DNA from: Pseudomonadota bacterium
Lineage (GTDB): Bacteria > Bdellovibrionota > UBA1018 > CAIMNF01
Direction: 5' to 3'
Assembly (NCBI GenBank): GCA_027491115.1
Contig: JAIXWV010000020.1
Location: 229,975-293,974 of the forward strand
Length of the DNA stretch: 64,000 bases
Below the pieces are notes generated by a model that saw nothing but the letters and a program-made list of their open reading frames with translations, did not search any database and was not told the origin of the DNA. Made by a program: the position numbers and the translations under genes. The number at the start of each line of letters is the position of its first letter. The stretch's first letter is position 1. Shown here in pieces: positions 48,740-57,992 of the stretch.

Positions 48740-51709
48740 TCACACGCGAGTCTCCCGATCCGACTCGAAATCGTTTCCTGCATTCAACATTTCAAAATAC
48801 TTTCCTCGGGTCGACATCAGGAAATCATGATCTCCTTCCTCGATTACGTGCCCCCCCTCCACAACCAGAATACGATCGACATTCCTCACAGTGGAGAGAC
48901 GATGGGCGATGATAATCGCCGTACTCCCATGAAACACTTCCTTGAGGTTCCTCGCCACAATCCCCTCTGAGTCTGCGTCGAGAGAGGAGGTCGCCTCATC
49001 AAGAATGATCACGCGGTTTCTACGGTAGAGTGCCCGAGCGAGGATCAACCTCTGCTTCTGGCCTCCTGAGAGGCCCAATCCCCCCTCCCCCAGTCGATAT
49101 TCGTACTGGTTCGGAAGCTCATGGATGAACTCATCGCAGTTCGCTAGGCCAGCAGCCCACCGGATCCGGTCCATGTCGGGGGTATCGTCTCCATAAGCGA
49201 TATTGTCGCTAATCGTACCCGAGAACACCTTGGAGTCCTGGTTCACATATGCGACTTGACTACGAACTGTAGACAGATTGAGGGAGTTGATGTTGACCCC
49301 GTCGAGTTCAATTGCACCCTTTTGAACCCTATAGAATCCTGCGATGAGGTTCGCGATGGTCGACTTCCCTGATCCGCTACTGCCCACGATCGCTACGACC
49401 TCACCTGGCCGTACCCTGAAGTCCATGTCACGGAGAACTGGGGGGCCCTCCGGGCGGTACTGAAACGAGACACACTTGAAACAGATTTCGCCGCGTAATG
49501 AAATACGGATTCCCGACCCGACATCGTCCTGAGACTGTTCAGACGGTGACAACAGGATCTGTCCTACTCTTTCGAGTGAAAGTTTCACATTCTCCCAGTC
49601 CAATACCATCGAGCTCAAGCTTGAAACTGGACTAGAAACCATCTTCAAATAAAGGTTAATCGAGATCAGCTCGCCCGGCGTGAGCCGCCCATCGAGCACT
49701 CCGCGGGCAGCCAGATACAATCCCACAACCGATCCCGTACCAGAAATCAACGAAGTCACTAAACCGAAGTGATTCATCCTCATTTGAAGCCGATAACCTC
49801 GAGCTCCGAGGGAAACGAGCAATCCCTCCCAACGATCGAGAATCTCGCGCGTTACGGAATTAGCTTTGATGGTCTGGATCGAAGACACCATTTCCGCAAG
49901 GAAGCTATCTAGCTTTACCTCATCCCTGAATAACAGTTTCGATTCCTCGACATATCCTTTTTTAAAAATCAGATTGCCGAACAAAAGACTTACAAAAATG
50001 GCTGCTGGTATAGCGAGGTACTCTGCTCCAAAGGTAGAGAGCATCACGCTCCCCGCCACGACCATGAGGACATCCACTAACAGGCTAATGGCGCCTGTCG
50101 AAATGAAGCGTCGAATTCCGCTCATTTCAGACATCCGAGCAACCACCTCCCCGATTCGGTCTCCAGTAAAAAGATTGGGATGAGCCGCAAGGTACCGATG
50201 ATAAAAAACAGAACTCAGATGGAAGTTTGACTGATTAGTGAATTCATTGATCACAAACTTCTGAGCTGTCCTCGAGACAATTGAAAAAAGTCCTAGAGCA
50301 AAAATCAATCCGACCACTCCCCAGACGAGTCCGGGTTCCTTCAGGGGCAGAATGTCGTCAAACAGGTACTGCATCACTTTTGGAAGAATGGTCTCAATCC
50401 CGACTACAAGTCCGAGTAGCATCAGAAAGGTCAGAAAAAACGACCGATAAGGACTCAGCAACTCCCAGATGATTCTCATGACTCGAAATTGCTTGCGCTC
50501 CGTCGATTCACCCTCAGGAACCCCCTCAGCCCGGGATCTAACCTCGATCAGGGTCCTGTTCCAGATCTTTCCGATCTCATCGAGAGAAGCCCTTCGGAGT
50601 CCCGACATTCCATCATAAAGAATCCACTCACTCGCTTTACATTCGAGCACCACCACAACTCGCTTGTTCACTAGAATACAAAATGGACAGCGATTCTGGG
50701 GCCCCGCTCTTTCTGCTTTCCAAATTTTTACATATAAGCCCTGTGACTCAAGGACCTCAGCCAAAACTAAGGGGGTCCTTGCACGCTTGAGCGACAACCC
50801 CTTGGCTAGTGCTTCGGAATCAACAACCACTCCCGCCAGAGATCCATAAACACGGAGCGCATCGACGGTAGCCTCAGTGAGCGTCTTGGCCTGACGGGAA
50901 CGCTGATCGATCTGCGACCACCGCTCATCTTCCATCGACTCGCCAACCATCTCGATCACTTCCGATCCCACCACGGGGACCGCCCTAATTGCACGCTTCA
51001 GGCAGGAGTTTGAATCAAGAACCATCATCAATTCAGCGAAATCATCCTTAGGAAGCGGCATGGAATTGATCACTGCCGCGGTAAGGGCTTCGCAAGAAAA
51101 CCGATCTAGGACGAACCAGGAGCCCGACCCGAGAAACTGGGGAGTAGCATACTCAGAATCGGAGGCGTCCGGATGAAGAAGAACCTCTCCTTCATCTACC
51201 CAATAAAGAGCCCCCTGATCGTTTCTACTTAGCACTTCACCTTTTTGAAGCGACTGCCCCTTACCGTTTGTTTCGCCGAAAAAACGCACCAAACGACCCG
51301 CAGGAATTCCGCTGGAGCGGAACAAGGCATCGAGATTCTCTAAAGCGGAACAACTGAATACGGTCTTGAGATACCAACTCCCCTCATTGTTTTTTCGGAA
51401 AGACGTTTCAATCAGGTCGACTGAAACACTTAGGAACCATACAGGGAAAGGGGCTATGTAATCTTGTGCATGCGTTTGATTGAGGATCCACTCCCGAAGA
51501 CCATAGGCCCATGGAGAACTCAGCCCGGATACGGAAAAAAGTATATGCTTAACCGATTCTCCCTTTCGAAAGATCAGCTCTCCCTCTTTGTAGGAAACTA
51601 TCCTGCTCGAGATCAAGCAATCTGTTTCAAGACTGGGAAACAACTCCAGCAAACGCTTGAACTGGGAGGAACGATGGATCACCTGGGAAACATTCATGCC
51701 CGGAGTCAT
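48740..51709 (-). CDS. Type I secretion ABC transporter with cNMP-like domains and a degenerate C39-like domain
   Basis: YKEGELIFRKGE cNMP motif; C39-like region lacking DCG and His; TMD; GSSGSGKS, LSGGQ, ILDEATS, IAHRLS. Confidence 0.9.
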   Translation of the reverse strand: MTPGMNVSQVIHRSSQFKRLLELFPSLETDCLISSRIVSYKEGELIFRKGESVKHILFSVSGLSSPWAYGLREWILNQTHAQDYIAPFPVWFLSVSVDLIETSFRKNNEGSWYLKTVFSCSALENLDALFRSSGIPAGRLVRFFGETNGKGQSLQKGEVLSRNDQGALYWVDEGEVLLHPDASDSEYATPQFLGSGSWFVLDRFSCEALTAAVINSMPLPKDDFAELMMVLDSNSCLKRAIRAVPVVGSEVIEMVGESMEDERWSQIDQRSRQAKTLTEATVDALRVYGSLAGVVVDSEALAKGLSLKRARTPLVLAEVLESQGLYVKIWKAERAGPQNRCPFCILVNKRVVVVLECKASEWILYDGMSGLRRASLDEIGKIWNRTLIEVRSRAEGVPEGESTERKQFRVMRIIWELLSPYRSFFLTFLMLLGLVVGIETILPKVMQYLFDDILPLKEPGLVWGVVGLIFALGLFSIVSRTAQKFVINEFTNQSNFHLSSVFYHRYLAAHPNLFTGDRIGEVVARMSEMSGIRRFISTGAISLLVDVLMVVAGSVMLSTFGAEYLAIPAAIFVSLLFGNLIFKKGYVEESKLLFRDEVKLDSFLAEMVSSIQTIKANSVTREILDRWEGLLVSLGARGYRLQMRMNHFGLVTSLISGTGSVVGLYLAARGVLDGRLTPGELISINLYLKMVSSPVSSLSSMVLDWENVKLSLERVGQILLSPSEQSQDDVGSGIRISLRGEICFKCVSFQYRPEGPPVLRDMDFRVRPGEVVAIVGSSGSGKSTIANLIAGFYRVQKGAIELDGVNINSLNLSTVRSQVAYVNQDSKVFSGTISDNIAYGDDTPDMDRIRWAAGLANCDEFIHELPNQYEYRLGEGGLGLSGGQKQRLILARALYRRNRVIILDEATSSLDADSEGIVARNLKEVFHGSTAIIIAHRLSTVRNVDRILVVEGGHVIEEGDHDFLMSTRGKYFEMLNAGNDFESDRETRV

Positions 51710-52281
51710 GATCGATCAGCCGCGACTCCGATGTTGAACCAATCTCGCAAGATCTTACCCAAGGGGGTCCAATAACCCTGCACCACCATCGCGTTAACGT
51801 GCATCCCTGGCCGTAGGGCTGAGTCTCCAGACAAAATTCTGGCATCATTCGAAAATGGTCCGGACACCGCAGCAGAATAAGTTGGGGGTGAACCCATCGG
51901 CTCATTCCGGATCGACTCAATCACTCCCTCAAAAGGTGGAATCAACTTTTCCGAGACCCCATCCACTCTCAAAATGACTCGCATTCCTTTTTTTATCTGG
52001 AGTGTTTCAGAGACACCCAATTGGACCAAGGCGATTAGACGGGAGTCCTTGCCATCGATCTGTGCGAGAACCCCCCTTGAACTCACCGTATGCGGTGCCT
52101 CGAAAAAAGAAGCGTACCCCACCGTCAATCCAAGCAACACCAGCAGGAGTCGCACCGAATAACTAACCGCGGCACTTGGTCTTGAAGCGACAAACTCAGC
52201 CATCCCCCAAGATACCTTCGACGGGCTGTACGTCACCGCTTCTTCGGAGGAGTCGGAACGCTCGGCGGGTTCAATGTGCAT
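51706..52281 (-). CDS. Short HlyD-family adaptor (TM plus beta-barrel only)
   Basis: TM, V.SRG.L, then directly IKKGMRVILRVD..FEG.I, LRPGMHVNA.V; overlaps ABC start by 4 nt. Confidence 0.75.
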   Translation of the reverse strand: MHIEPAERSDSSEEAVTYSPSKVSWGMAEFVASRPSAAVSYSVRLLLVLLGLTVGYASFFEAPHTVSSRGVLAQIDGKDSRLIALVQLGVSETLQIKKGMRVILRVDGVSEKLIPPFEGVIESIRNEPMGSPPTYSAAVSGPFSNDARILSGDSALRPGMHVNAMVVQGYWTPLGKILRDWFNIGVAADRS

Positions 52282-52367
52282 ACCTTAATTTCAACATATT
52301 TCTCCCTCTTTTGCACAGCTCTTGCTAAAATAATTGTGTCCTGAACCCTGACAGAAATGGATCCTTC

Positions 52368-54899
52368 TTGAGTAATGAACACACAAAGGCGTTACTGACT
52401 CTTGCAAGCGATCTCACATTCTTCAACTTCAACGAAGTGGAGATTCATGAAACTCTAGAACTGTTTCGACAGATGAGTGAGAATCTTCAGCCGCGAACCG
52501 GCGAACGAGCCGTGATCATATCGCTCGAATCGGGCGCTTACCGGATGACGCTCGGCCCCCCCCGACCCGAACCTGGGTTCGACGGGGAGCTGATTTTCCT
52601 TACCGAAGAAACTTGGTCTTCCCGAGTAGGCAAGGAGAAGACTGCACCCTTCCTGGATTTCCTCGAGCATGAGATTCCCAGCGAAGCTCACCTCAGCGGT
52701 GAACAAACCACAACTGACCCAGACGAGGAGATTCGGCTTTTCCACAAAAACTCAAATGCACCAGAAGGAAAACCCGTATTTATCCCTCAACACGACGAGA
52801 TGGACTGCGGAGCCGCCTGTCTTTCGATGATCGCGCATTATTACGGGAAAAAGATATCTGTCCCTGACTATCGCTCAAGAGTCCATGTTACCCGCGAAGG
52901 GGCCTCCATGCTCGCCCTCAAACGCGCGGCCGAACAAACCGGTTTCGACGCAATCGGAATCTACTCTGGATTAAACTCGAATCTACTTCAGGTTCGCACT
53001 CCGTTCATCGCCCTCATGGACTATCATTTTGTCGTGGTCTATACGGTGACGGAGAAAGAATTCCTAGTTGGGGATCCCGCAGTTGGAATTAGATCAATCC
53101 CACTGGAAGAAATAAGAAAGTCGTGGTCGAAGTTCCTGCTCCTATTGAAGCCAAACTCCACTTTCAAAGACCAGAAAGAGAGCTCACCTACATTTAGAAA
53201 GTATCGACGTGTTTTTCAAGGAGAAGGAGGCCGCCTTTTCGATATCGCGACCGCATCGATCTTGAGCTTATCTGTAGGGGTGATCACACCACTCTTCATG
53301 CAAACCGTTTTCGATCGTGTATTCAGCGAAAAAAGCCAGGATGGACTCACGGCCTTGGTCATTGCCTCAGTGGCCGCCACAGTCGCATCGACTTTCTTGG
53401 GCTGGGTGAGCACCTACACATTCTCCCATTTATCCATTCGTCTAGATTCCAAGTTCTCCGCTCTGTTCATGCGACACACCCTATCTCTACCCTCTGGATT
53501 TTTCGCTGTGAGGCGGGTCGGAGACATTACCACACGTGTTCAAGAGTTGGGCGTGTTGAGGAGTTTTTTTACTGGGGATCTCCTCGCGTTGCTGATGTCA
53601 CTCCTGTCTGCGGTCATGTATTCAGTTCTTGCGGCGCTTTACGACTGGAGAATCCCTCTTCTGGTATTCTGTCTTCTTTTCTTTCAGGTACTTTTCGTTC
53701 TTAAAATTTCAAAGAAAATCTCTGAAATTTACCAGCAGTCCTTTAAGTCTTCGACGAAGAGTCAAAGCCTTCTTTATGAACAGATCCATTCGATCGAGAC
53801 GCTTAAAATCCTCAATCAGACAACTCCGGCCCGCTGGCGATGGGAAGAAACTCTTCTAGACTCCCTCAGGCTTCAAAGAAAACTCGGTCTATATACTGCA
53901 ATTTCAGCAGGCAGCTCGGAATTCTTTAGAGAAGCCTCCCTCAATATTTGTATCTTTCTATGCCTTTATCTTTACCTACTGAACGATCTGACTCTCGGTC
54001 AGATTGTGGCGGTCACTGCCCTGATCGGGAACATCACACCGGCGATTGTTCATCTGGTAGAGTCACTTACTACCATCAGCCAAATCAAGGTCTCTCTTGC
54101 AAGGGTGGATGACGTGATCACTTCGTCTCCAGAGAAGACCGAGGGTCGCATGGATTTCGATCCTTACGGAAAGATCGAGTTCAGAGGAGTATCATTCCAG
54201 TACGGAAATGAGTTATCGCCATATGCCCTCCGGAATGTGGATCTAACCATCAACTCCGGGCAGTCGGTGGCTTTTGTGGGAACAAGCGGTTCTGGCAAAA
54301 CAACTCTTGCCCAGATGATCGGGCTACTCCATCGCCCCACACAAGGCAGTATCCTGATTGATGGTGTCGACATCACCACTTTGGACCTGGAGAGACTCAG
54401 ACAGCATGTCGGAATGGTCCTTCAGGAAAACAACCTCTTCAGCGCGAGCGTACTAGACAACATCACCCTAGGGGACCCAAACCCATCCCGACAAAAGGCG
54501 ATCGAGGCAGCCAAGATCGCTCAGATCGACGAACTGATTCAGACTCTGCCTGGGACATATGATTATCTGATCGACCCAGTTCACTCCGGCCTTTCGATGG
54601 GCCAAAAGCAAAGAATTGGAATTGCGCGAGCAGCCTATAGGAATCAAGCCATCCTTATCCTAGATGAGGCAACCTCTGCGCTTGATGGAATCACAGAGAA
54701 AAAAATCATTGAAGCTCTGATGCGGCACCGGAAAGGCAAGACAACAGTGGTAATCGCTCACCGGCTTTCTACTGTTTCTGGAGTGGACCAGATCTGTGTT
54801 TTTGAAAAGGGCACTCTGGCTGAAAAGGGAACCCTGAAGACTCTCACTCGAAGAAGGGGGAGATTCAGCGAACTATTCGCCAATCAACTTCAATTCTGA
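52368..54899 (+). CDS. Peptidase-containing ABC transporter (PCAT) with intact C39 triad
   Basis: QHDEMDCGAACLSMI, HFVVV, GDPA; TMD; GTSGSGKT, LSMGQ, ILDEATS, IAHRLS. Confidence 0.93.
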   Translation: MSNEHTKALLTLASDLTFFNFNEVEIHETLELFRQMSENLQPRTGERAVIISLESGAYRMTLGPPRPEPGFDGELIFLTEETWSSRVGKEKTAPFLDFLEHEIPSEAHLSGEQTTTDPDEEIRLFHKNSNAPEGKPVFIPQHDEMDCGAACLSMIAHYYGKKISVPDYRSRVHVTREGASMLALKRAAEQTGFDAIGIYSGLNSNLLQVRTPFIALMDYHFVVVYTVTEKEFLVGDPAVGIRSIPLEEIRKSWSKFLLLLKPNSTFKDQKESSPTFRKYRRVFQGEGGRLFDIATASILSLSVGVITPLFMQTVFDRVFSEKSQDGLTALVIASVAATVASTFLGWVSTYTFSHLSIRLDSKFSALFMRHTLSLPSGFFAVRRVGDITTRVQELGVLRSFFTGDLLALLMSLLSAVMYSVLAALYDWRIPLLVFCLLFFQVLFVLKISKKISEIYQQSFKSSTKSQSLLYEQIHSIETLKILNQTTPARWRWEETLLDSLRLQRKLGLYTAISAGSSEFFREASLNICIFLCLYLYLLNDLTLGQIVAVTALIGNITPAIVHLVESLTTISQIKVSLARVDDVITSSPEKTEGRMDFDPYGKIEFRGVSFQYGNELSPYALRNVDLTINSGQSVAFVGTSGSGKTTLAQMIGLLHRPTQGSILIDGVDITTLDLERLRQHVGMVLQENNLFSASVLDNITLGDPNPSRQKAIEAAKIAQIDELIQTLPGTYDYLIDPVHSGLSMGQKQRIGIARAAYRNQAILILDEATSALDGITEKKIIEALMRHRKGKTTVVIAHRLSTVSGVDQICVFEKGTLAEKGTLKTLTRRRGRFSELFANQLQF

Positions 54900-55651
54900 T
54901 CGTCCCGATCCACCCAGGAAAGAGTCATCTCGATCCGCACTCGTCTCCGATCCTCGATACAGCTTTCAAGCAGATATCTTGCCTCCTCCTGATACTGTGC
55001 GCAGGAGAACTGCGATGCAAGCCTAGATTCGATCCTCTCAACTAAACCTGCCGTCCACTTGAAGTGATGAACTGGAACCGCTAGCTCCGCTCTCTTGACC
55101 GAAGCAGGATCTTCAAGCACCCGATGGAGCCCGGGGCCCAATCGCACGACCGGCCTTGATAGGGGAACCTTGGTGGAAGAACCCTTCAGAATGTCGGCTG
55201 TGAAAAGCGCCTGAACCGGAAACTGCGCAAAGATCGAAGTGGTCCCCAAGACCGGGTTCAAAGCTCCAAGAGGAGCGAATCGATCAATTAGAGTTCCTCC
55301 CAGATAGTCGTACGGACTAACAATCAGCTGGGAAAGAAACCCCGGGTCCAAGCTCACGAATTCGTCACTATCCACTGTCCAGACCCACTGGTCAGACTTC
55401 AAGACCGTGGACTTGTACTCGGAGATCTTGGCCACTCTTTGCAACTCGTCCACCGAACCCACACTCGACTCGATCAGGGTCACTGGATTCTGCGCGAACA
55501 AAGCCAGGTAAGGGTGCACCGAATCCTGGATTCCAAGAGGATTACTGAAAAAAAGATGAAATCTCTCAACTCCCATCTTTCGGTAAAAGCGGAACCATTG
55601 CGACAGGATGTCGATCGAGTCTGCGGTCGAAACATAGGCAACCAGATTCAT
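54890..55651 (-). CDS. GT2-like (Glyco_tranf_2_4/GT92-type) glycosyltransferase
   Basis: W..FY.KMGV..F, WVWTVDSDEF, GLH, VHHFKW. Confidence 0.75.
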   Translation of the reverse strand: MNLVAYVSTADSIDILSQWFRFYRKMGVERFHLFFSNPLGIQDSVHPYLALFAQNPVTLIESSVGSVDELQRVAKISEYKSTVLKSDQWVWTVDSDEFVSLDPGFLSQLIVSPYDYLGGTLIDRFAPLGALNPVLGTTSIFAQFPVQALFTADILKGSSTKVPLSRPVVRLGPGLHRVLEDPASVKRAELAVPVHHFKWTAGLVERIESRLASQFSCAQYQEEARYLLESCIEDRRRVRIEMTLSWVDRDDQN

Positions 55652-55669
55652 GTTGCGACACCACTCGTT

Positions 55670-56647
55670 TCAAAACCGTACATACTGATCTCCCCTAACC
55701 AATAACCCCAACCCCATCATCGACTCGATTTCACGAGGATTGAAAAAAGCAATCTCCTCACGGTAGTATTCCGGCAAGAGGGCCTCTTTCCCGGCCAGAA
55801 CCATATCTCGGGCCTCTGGAATCACCCCCTCGGGCCGAATTCCACTCTCCGACTCCTCGTACTGGTTGATCCGATGGAGGTTGAAACCCGAGACTCGACG
55901 GCGGAACATCTCGAACCCACACATCGGGAAATGGAGAATAAGTGCGCTCATACTGTCATCAATCACCACTGAAGCATTGGTAAGATCGGGGTGGTAGTGA
56001 TGCACCGTAGAGGGAGTTTCGATATCTATGAAGTGCCTCGGCCTGAAAACACTCTTTCCATGAGCATACCCGACGAAAGGAAATCTCCGAAAGGCGCGAT
56101 ATCTCATGTACAACCATTGCTTCTCACTCAATATGAAGCGGGTCTTTTTAAAGAGTGCCACCTCTCGAAAGGCGTCTCGGTACTCAATCTGCTGGGGAAC
56201 TGCCTCAACATTAGGAACAAATACCTCTGAGACACGATCATCGAATCGACTCAGATACTCGCTCACTCCGCCACAGGTTCTATCGACCCCAAATAGCTCG
56301 TCTGAATCGAGGTGACAAAGCCAGTCTATTCCCTCCTGAGCAGCGAGTCGTGTGGCATACCCAGTATTGAGCTGCTGCCGCGTCACCACTCTTCTGGAGT
56401 AGGTCTCAGCATGATTCTGATAAAAAATAGTTTTTTGGAGCACCTGCAAGAGGCGGTCGTCATGCTGAATAATCTGCACAAAAGAAGAAAATTCTGACGC
56501 CTGTAGAAGTTCCAAAAATGCGGCGTCATAAGCTGGATCATCCAGAAAAAGATACACCTTTTCAAACCCAACTGAACGGTGGTGACTTAGAAAACTAAAA
56601 AATCCGGAATCAAGCCCTTTGGCTGTAGTCACCAGTGCGGACTTCAA
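55670..56647 (-). CDS. GT2-like (Glyco_tranf_2_4) glycosyltransferase
   Basis: HH..VGF..VYLFLDDP, RQ.LN, WLCHLDSDEL, N.EAVP, GY.HGKS, ILHF; start set to TTG 56647, downstream of the terminator. Confidence 0.8.
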   Translation of the reverse strand: MKSALVTTAKGLDSGFFSFLSHHRSVGFEKVYLFLDDPAYDAAFLELLQASEFSSFVQIIQHDDRLLQVLQKTIFYQNHAETYSRRVVTRQQLNTGYATRLAAQEGIDWLCHLDSDELFGVDRTCGGVSEYLSRFDDRVSEVFVPNVEAVPQQIEYRDAFREVALFKKTRFILSEKQWLYMRYRAFRRFPFVGYAHGKSVFRPRHFIDIETPSTVHHYHPDLTNASVVIDDSMSALILHFPMCGFEMFRRRVSGFNLHRINQYEESESGIRPEGVIPEARDMVLAGKEALLPEYYREEIAFFNPREIESMMGLGLLVRGDQYVRF

Positions 56648-56657
56648 CCCATCCCCC

Positions 56658-56700
56658 AAAAAAGAAAAAGGGCGTCCTTCTTCAACAAAGAAGGACGCCC
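56658..56700 (-). terminator. Intrinsic terminator after the precursor gene
   Basis: GGGCGTCCTTCTT-TGTTG-AAGAAGGACGCCC, 13-bp perfect stem, followed by a U-rich tract. Confidence 0.85.
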
Positions 56701-56708
56701 CGAAATCA

Positions 56709-57146
56709 TTACTTACCGCCGGCTTTGACCGCACCAGGCTTAGCCCCGGCAGGAGCAACGCCTTGCTTCACCGCGGTGGCGGCACTTGCCTTCTGGAATG
56801 GGAACTTGGATGCTGCTCTGAAGCCAGCGCCACCCACCACCAGGTTCGCAAACCGGGCGGATGCGGTGAGCTCGTCGGTGGAGATACCACCTCCGGCGAG
56901 AACCGCCATCTGGGAATCACTCAGCTTCTTCATTCCCCATTCGGAGTCGAAATGAATCAGGTCATCGAACTCTTCAAAGGTTGAGCAAACTCTGGCGACT
57001 TTACCGAGTGACAGTGCGTCTGCTGCGTCAACGGTAGGTCCGAGTAGTTTTGCTTTGGCTTTGATAGAGGTTTCGTCATCCCTTCTAAACGACTCATAAA
57101 CAGACTTCAGAATCACCTTTGGAATACGCCCCTTGGACATCGACAT
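56709..57146 (-). CDS. Putative double-glycine-leader precursor peptide (RiPP/T1SS substrate)
   Basis: AAGGAG RBS; MKKLSDSQMAVLAGG at aa 72-86; 59-aa Cys-free K/A/G/S/T core; own terminator; near a PCAT. Confidence 0.75.
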   Translation of the reverse strand: MSMSKGRIPKVILKSVYESFRRDDETSIKAKAKLLGPTVDAADALSLGKVARVCSTFEEFDDLIHFDSEWGMKKLSDSQMAVLAGGGISTDELTASARFANLVVGGAGFRAASKFPFQKASAATAVKQGVAPAGAKPGAVKAGGK

Positions 57147-57308
57147 GCTTTCTCCTTACCAGCGGAATAAAAGTAACCGCTTTTACATGATTGTAATGTT
57201 TCCTTGTCGGATCAGGTAACAAATAATTAATATTTTTTATGTAAAAAAAGCCGTCTGATTCAAGGGGTTCCATAGAGGTGTCAAAAATGACACTCACCAA
57301 TTCGAGCC

Positions 57309-57992
57309 TCACCTCATGAAGTATTCAATAAATGGCTCGATATTGGCCTTCTGATCCGGACCCCCATTTCCATGGATAATGAGTGGCTGCGTCCCGGTGA
57401 GGACATTTTCAACTCGACCCCCGCTCATCGTATAATCCCAGCCGATAAATCCCGGCGAGAAAAGGGTATAGAATAGCTCGCACCGATGATCGAGTTTAAT
57501 CAGGCCCGGGTTCTCGAGAAACAACCGGGTGTAGAACCTCTGGTCATCCCCCCAGATGTCGACTCCTGAGAAGTTAAAACGCAATGCCGCATTGCGAAAA
57601 TACTCAATCTCAGCCATGAAGCACCCAGCATTGAGGAAACGCCAAGGTGTTTCACAGGGGGGATAGCGGTCTTCCATACCGGCGTCCGGCCAGCAACTCT
57701 GTTCGGCATTAAACACCCAAGGATGTTGAAGTTCGATAAAGCGACGCTCCACCTCCTGTAAGGGAGCTGTGACGACTACATCAAACGCGTCCATGACTAG
57801 TACATGGGTGAATTGATCGCGCATTTCCTCGATAGTTTCGAAAACTCGCTTGATCTTGAGGGCATGAGAGTACTTGGGGAACCCCTCGGGCCAAACGTTT
57901 CGAACCTCGTAACCAAACGAATTCCAGATCCTCGAGCACTCCTTGAAATAGCCACCTTCTCCGTTCCACATGGATAGCACCAGTGTTTTCAT
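57309..57992 (-). CDS. Stand-alone PLOD/LH3-type glycosyltransferase domain protein
   Basis: MDAFDV, FNAEQSCWP, RFLNAG, DDQRFYTRLFL, LDHRCELF, PLIIHGNG match the order of motifs in the PLOD GT domain. Confidence 0.85.
   Translation of the reverse strand: MKTLVLSMWNGEGGYFKECSRIWNSFGYEVRNVWPEGFPKYSHALKIKRVFETIEEMRDQFTHVLVMDAFDVVVTAPLQEVERRFIELQHPWVFNAEQSCWPDAGMEDRYPPCETPWRFLNAGCFMAEIEYFRNAALRFNFSGVDIWGDDQRFYTRLFLENPGLIKLDHRCELFYTLFSPGFIGWDYTMSGGRVENVLTGTQPLIIHGNGGPDQKANIEPFIEYFMR

Noticed and set aside
56648..56758. N-terminal extension of the GT ORF as given in the track (55670..56758)
   Set aside because: It overlaps the precursor gene and runs through its terminator; GT-like sequence starts at TTG 56647.
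56829..56888. Second cleavage site at VVGG (aa 103-106) of the precursor
   Set aside because: Positions -7 and -12 are Ala rather than large hydrophobics, a much poorer fit than G85-G86; it cannot be fully excluded.
54890..57146. Classical glycocin cluster
   Set aside because: The core has no Cys, no thiol-disulfide oxidoreductase is nearby, and the enzyme set is far larger than for glycocins.
57204..57230. Sigma-28 promoter for the precursor (TTAA-N15-TCCGACAA)
   Set aside because: Several mismatches in an AT-rich region; not distinguishable from chance.
57094..57312. 72-aa ORF between PLOD-GT and precursor as a second precursor
   Set aside because: No GG leader motif, spans the AT-rich regulatory region and overlaps the real gene out of frame.
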